Source: an uncultured virus (IMG/VR IMGVR_UViG_3300030049_000016)
Taxonomy: Duplodnaviria > Heunggongvirae > Uroviricota > Caudoviricetes
Length of the DNA stretch: 64,000 nt
Reading direction: 5' to 3' (one strand)
IMG/VR virus record: IMGVR_UViG_3300030049_000016
The notes below the pieces were generated by a model. The model made no database searches and was not told the DNA's origin. It saw only the letters and a list, made by a program, of their open reading frames with translations. Shown here piece after piece: positions 60,085 through 64,000 of the stretch; position 1 is the stretch's first letter; each line of letters starts with the position of its first letter. The position numbers and the translations under genes are program-made.

Positions 60085-60918
60085 ATGCTTGAAGAAGCAA
60101 CTATCCGTCAGAAAATTGGTGAAGATATCACCAACGTTACAAATGGTAATTTCGATGGACCACTCTGGGTCTGGAGAGATAAAAACGAAACAACAGGTGT
60201 CTTGGGGTTAATCTCTAAATTGAACCACCATATTCCCGAAGGGCTTGAGTATGCATGGTTTCACAATAGTGTTGAGAGATTTATTCAGGACCTTCTCTCA
60301 GCAAGTGATTGTAGTAATGAGTCATATGAGACGATTACCAGGTTTATCAACTCTGTTATTAAGGTCGGTACTGGTGGAGCCGAGTATACGATTTTCTACC
60401 ATACCCCATTCGATCGTATAACTGGTGCAGATTCATATCGCCCAGCTATTTTTACTGTAACCCCGGGTGTTTCCAATATCATATTGCATCACAACGTTCC
60501 GACATATGACTGCCGGGCACGTGATGAATACATTAAAAATGGTTATGGAGATCGTGAGTTCTTCCGAACATATCGTCTCAGTGAGAAGCAGTTGAGTGAT
60601 GGCAAATTCTGGTTTTTAAATGGAGAAGTCTTCGACTCTTCTGGAGAACCTGAGTTATTCACTCTTAAGATCGTCACGAATAATGAGGCCGATGTGACAT
60701 CTGTCACGTTTCCCATTGATGATTATGTGACTGGAGAAATGAATGACGGGCATCTCATTATAACGCTCATCAATCCCGATAGAGTCAAGAACATTGATAT
60801 CAATACCGACGACTTCTCATTTGCTGAACTCGGAGATGCTATTTTCAAACGTAAACGAGAGCTTGTCATCAACACCGGATACAAATATCCTGATCAAGCG
60901 GAGGTTATAGATGTCTGA
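60085..60918 (+). CDS. Hypothetical protein
   Basis: AGGAG SD, 277 aa. Confidence 0.7.
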   Translation: MLEEATIRQKIGEDITNVTNGNFDGPLWVWRDKNETTGVLGLISKLNHHIPEGLEYAWFHNSVERFIQDLLSASDCSNESYETITRFINSVIKVGTGGAEYTIFYHTPFDRITGADSYRPAIFTVTPGVSNIILHHNVPTYDCRARDEYIKNGYGDREFFRTYRLSEKQLSDGKFWFLNGEVFDSSGEPELFTLKIVTNNEADVTSVTFPIDDYVTGEMNDGHLIITLINPDRVKNIDINTDDFSFAELGDAIFKRKRELVINTGYKYPDQAEVIDV

Positions 60919-61087
60919 GAAAAAACCGATCCGTACTACAGAAGAGCTACTCGAAGCATGGAAACATCTTCGTAATGCAACTCCGAGAGAGCTTGCGGTT
61001 GTCGATCCTTACTTTCTTCCAGAAGTAATGTATCGCCTCAAGGAGATAAATGATGAACTTACAGATCCACATCTGTGGCCAACATGA
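60911..61087 (+). CDS. Small hypothetical protein (58 aa, not in ORF track)
   Basis: GGAGG SD; MSEKKPIRTTEELLEAW... Confidence 0.5.
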   Translation: MSEKKPIRTTEELLEAWKHLRNATPRELAVVDPYFLPEVMYRLKEINDELTDPHLWPT

Positions 61088-61156
61088 AAGATACTGATGC
61101 GAGACGAGATCTCGTCTCGCATCAGCTACAAAAAAACACAATACTGGGGTAGGAGC

Positions 61157-61477
61157 ATGATCATGATTTCGCCTATATATCCACTAAGTCTAGTCTCTGT
61201 TATTTTGATTTTTATTATTGTCTATAGAATTCTAATAGAATTGAAAGCGATTAGTGCCATTAATATGGGATTTTATCAAGGATTGCCGAGCACACATTTA
61301 CGCCAAGTAGAGCATGCTTGTATTGTTATCAGAACACCAATCTTTGAGAATGAACTCAAGTCCGTAGTTAGATGTATAAAGAACGATCTGTGGATACAGG
61401 CTATCTATCAAAATAAGAAATCAGATTATCCCAATATAGCAAGGTTTGCTAAATATCACAACATTGAACTAGAATAA
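61157..61477 (+). CDS. Hypothetical membrane-anchored protein
   Basis: AGGAG SD; N-terminal hydrophobic helix within ORF 61097..61477. Confidence 0.55.
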   Translation: MIMISPIYPLSLVSVILIFIIVYRILIELKAISAINMGFYQGLPSTHLRQVEHACIVIRTPIFENELKSVVRCIKNDLWIQAIYQNKKSDYPNIARFAKYHNIELE

Positions 61478-61491
61478 AGGAGTTTAAGCTT

Positions 61492-61770
61492 ATGACTCTT
61501 GACGAAGAAGAACTTGAGCTAAGTAAACAGCTCGATAATATTTACATTGCTATTGTGAATGAATATCATTTAAGATCTCAGTATATAGTTAAACGATTAT
61601 TTGAAATTAAGCAACAGAAGATTTTATTACAACCGCTATCTATATCGTTTGATGAAGTACAACCCTGTTATAATAAACAAGAATTTCTGGATCGGATGGC
61701 ACAGCTTCCAAAATTAGATGACTCCGAGAGTCTCTCTGCTATCTTTAAAGAAGAAGGAACATCATCATGA
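61492..61770 (+). CDS. Hypothetical protein
   Basis: AAGGAG SD. Confidence 0.6.
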   Translation: MTLDEEELELSKQLDNIYIAIVNEYHLRSQYIVKRLFEIKQQKILLQPLSISFDEVQPCYNKQEFLDRMAQLPKLDDSESLSAIFKEEGTSS

Positions 61771-61973
61771 AACAACTCACTATCTCGACGACATTCGATG
61801 ATGCACAGCATGAACTCGCACTAAAGGATGTGCTGGATAAGTCAATGCGGTGTGTAATCAATAAGCAGATGAAAGTGTTATTTGCAGACCCACATCTTGA
61901 TGTTTCTGATTGCCGGTGGTTTAAAGGACCCCCCGATCTATCTGCTGACACTAAGCTTATTCAAGGTGGTTAA
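61767..61973 (+). CDS. Hypothetical protein
   Basis: ATGA overlap with the upstream gene. Confidence 0.55.
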   Translation: MKQLTISTTFDDAQHELALKDVLDKSMRCVINKQMKVLFADPHLDVSDCRWFKGPPDLSADTKLIQGG

Positions 61974-62161
61974 TATTACCAAAGACGGCATAATGTGCTA
62001 TGACGGTATCCCTGACGATAATATCCTCGTCAAATCTCGCTTGGCGGCCGATGCCGAGATCCTTAAGGATCTCTTGAAAGAAAAAACATGATCAAATATA
62101 TACAAGATAAGTCCACTCTTTGAATTGTGTAATCAAACACAGTTCATTGGAGTATGACTAG

Positions 62162-62368
62162 GTGACTAAAGAACAAGAACTGAAGTTTTGGGATGCTTTG
62201 GGCGATGGCTCTGGCTGGCCTAAAATGACGGACGACCCAGAAGTCAACTTTGTGGTAGACTGGTTCGTGGCCGACAAAGACGATTGGGATTTCTCCTATA
62301 CCACATGGGACGAACTCCCTGAGGAGGACAAAATCGTCTACCGTTACGAAGCAGAGCATATGAAGTAA
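62162..62368 (+). CDS. Small acidic Trp-rich protein
   Basis: GGAG SD, GC-richer codons, hairpin at 62375-62404. Confidence 0.6.
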   Translation: MTKEQELKFWDALGDGSGWPKMTDDPEVNFVVDWFVADKDDWDFSYTTWDELPEEDKIVYRYEAEHMK

Positions 62369-62483
62369 AACTACATAGAGGATGTGCCGATGCACATCCT
62401 CTATTTTTTTATTTGTAGTCAATTATATTTCAAATATATATTATTATTATGTAATGTTATAACAGAAGGTAAGGTGTACTAAA

Positions 62484-63041
62484 ATGTCTAACGTTGACAA
62501 TGATCTTGTCGCGCCACTCAATGCCAAATATATTGAACTTTATAAGGAGCTTGATAGCATACTTAAAGAGATCTCCGATGCTCAACTACGAATAACCAAT
62601 CTCGATAGTGAGCGATTGGAACTTGTAGAACGAATCGCACATATTCGTAATACAGCGACCATGTTTAACATAACTTTGACAGAGGTGCTGGTAGAACAGG
62701 ATATCCCACCAACCGATACGCCAATCGATATCAGTCGGTGTGAGCATGATCTCGATATTGATAAGACTGGCTTTAATTGGTATAATAAAGTAGCTAATGA
62801 GGCAGTTTATCTCAAAAATGGTACTAAACTTACGTTTCTATATAAAGCTAAATCGTATTATGCAACAATAATTGATGGTATGCCTGTGACAGATATTGGT
62901 GGAATTAAATACTCATCTGTACCATTGTGGTACAAATCGGTAACTTCTGCTATCGGGAGTTCGATAGATAAAATATCCGTTAGACTCCCAGGCGATCCGG
63001 AATGGATATGTGCTCGACGTCTGTTTCGACCTATATCCTAG
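62484..63041 (+). CDS. Coiled-coil protein with RAMA-like C-terminal domain
   Basis: LKNGTKLTFLYKAKSYYATIIDG...KYSS...VRLPGDPEW..A..L. Confidence 0.55.
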   Translation: MSNVDNDLVAPLNAKYIELYKELDSILKEISDAQLRITNLDSERLELVERIAHIRNTATMFNITLTEVLVEQDIPPTDTPIDISRCEHDLDIDKTGFNWYNKVANEAVYLKNGTKLTFLYKAKSYYATIIDGMPVTDIGGIKYSSVPLWYKSVTSAIGSSIDKISVRLPGDPEWICARRLFRPIS

Positions 63042-63056
63042 AAAGGTTAATGCCAG

Positions 63057-63082
63057 TGGAGTAGTCTATATAGACTACTCCA
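63057..63082. terminator. Palindromic hairpin with T-tract
   Basis: tggagtagtctatatagactactcca. Confidence 0.7.
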
Positions 63083-63112
63083 TTATTTTTTATTTGTGAT
63101 TAAGCATATTTC

Positions 63113-63160
63113 AGATATATATTACTTAAGTGAAACAAGTTTACTTCTTAAGTGAACTTT
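63113..63160 (+). promoter_or_regulatory. Early promoter plus leader hairpin
   Basis: 41 nt identical to 17130-17170. Confidence 0.75.
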
Positions 63161-63195
63161 ACTGGAATTACAACATACATCCTTGGAGTAACATC

Positions 63196-63957
63196 ATGGA
63201 AACAGATACAAATACCACCATTTACACGACTATTATTTCTGGGGGTATCACTCCGTTGGTTAATTGGCCGATTTCTGGATTCGATAATGCTCGACGTATC
63301 AATTTCGATCACGATCGTTATGAATTCGAAGTAGTGACAACCAATCCGAAAGATAAAGATCGGCGTATTTTTAAACCATCTGGTATAGATTGGGAATTCG
63401 CTGAAGAATACGTTGGTAAAATCGATGAATCTCCGCATGATACGTATGTGTCATTGTGGATGAGGCCCCGCCGTGAACTGAAAGACCTTAAGTTCGATAA
63501 TGATTATCGTCACTATATCTACCACCACGGAGTGGAGAATGTGCGATTTATCATTCCAGTTAAGCGACTTCAACAGATTCTGATGATCGCATTTACGACA
63601 AGCGATCAGCCTGAGACTGCTGCGGTTTGCAAAATCGTTGAGGGTTTCAATCGGACTGTTCTCGACAACTACAAGTATCAACTTCAGCCCATTGCACATG
63701 AGAATGCATCAGAAACGTTCTATGTTAGCGATCTTGTATCGCTGATGCGGGAACTTCCTGATCAGTTCATGATGGTCGACCATTTCAAGGCTGGCGATAA
63801 GGTCGTGATTTCTGAAACCAGACACGCCGTTCATGAAGTATTCAAGGTCGTTGATATCACGGATCTTACTGGGCGTAAGCACCATCAGGATGTATTTTTG
63901 AAAGAGATCCCTGATTGTGTGTTTTCTGGCGATAGTCTGATAAGAGCTTATAAATAA
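63196..63957 (+). CDS. Early hypothetical protein
   Basis: GGAG SD before ATG 63196; followed by palindrome 63967-63988. Confidence 0.7.
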   Translation: METDTNTTIYTTIISGGITPLVNWPISGFDNARRINFDHDRYEFEVVTTNPKDKDRRIFKPSGIDWEFAEEYVGKIDESPHDTYVSLWMRPRRELKDLKFDNDYRHYIYHHGVENVRFIIPVKRLQQILMIAFTTSDQPETAAVCKIVEGFNRTVLDNYKYQLQPIAHENASETFYVSDLVSLMRELPDQFMMVDHFKAGDKVVISETRHAVHEVFKVVDITDLTGRKHHQDVFLKEIPDCVFSGDSLIRAYK

Positions 63958-64000
63958 TGAGATCTGGGAGGGTGTAATTACACCCTCCAATTTTTCAATA

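Noticed and set aside
304..63988. Dispersed palindromes as a CRISPR array or transposon ends
   Set aside because: Sequences differ from one another, are not regularly spaced, sit at gene ends, and no cas or transposase gene is visible
365..63990. Many short antisense or nested ORFs in the track (e.g. 365..679, 26066..26446, 33133..33639, 34149..34640)
   Set aside because: They overlap well-supported genes, lack SD signals and read as shadow frames
1..64000. tRNA/rRNA genes, group I introns, chimallin, PhuZ, major capsid protein
   Set aside because: No recognisable signatures in this window by eye; they may lie elsewhere in the genome

Overview
AT-rich 64 kb segment of a phiKZ-related (Chimalliviridae-like, probably nucleus-forming) jumbo myophage. 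Recognisable core genes: split family-B DNA polymerase, three virion RNA polymerase subunits (gp80-, gp149- and gp176-like), the gp68-like non-virion RNAP subunit with flanking gp67/gp69(PicA)-position genes, portal, tail sheath and tube, baseplate-type proteins, prohead protease, and a large terminase with a class 3 intein. Accessory genes include GyrB/GyrA-type topoisomerase subunits, a divergent chaperonin, an HslV-like protease, ThyA and a decayed NAD-dependent ligase. About 27 intergenic hairpins and a recurring ATATATATTAC early-promoter motif punctuate the window. Signals not explained by the ORF track: a T-TTT-TTT -1 frameshift site joining a tail-chaperone-like gene to its neighbour just upstream of the chaperonin; two unrelated genes carrying an HTH-less HigA-antitoxin-like module; FG-rich low-complexity tracts in the PicA-position protein; a leader hairpin conserved at three early promoters; an (AT)5 frameshift splitting a structural gene; and a structured 0.7 kb non-coding region. 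All homolog assignments come from recalled motifs and synteny, not from database searches. No tRNA, rRNA or CRISPR array was seen.
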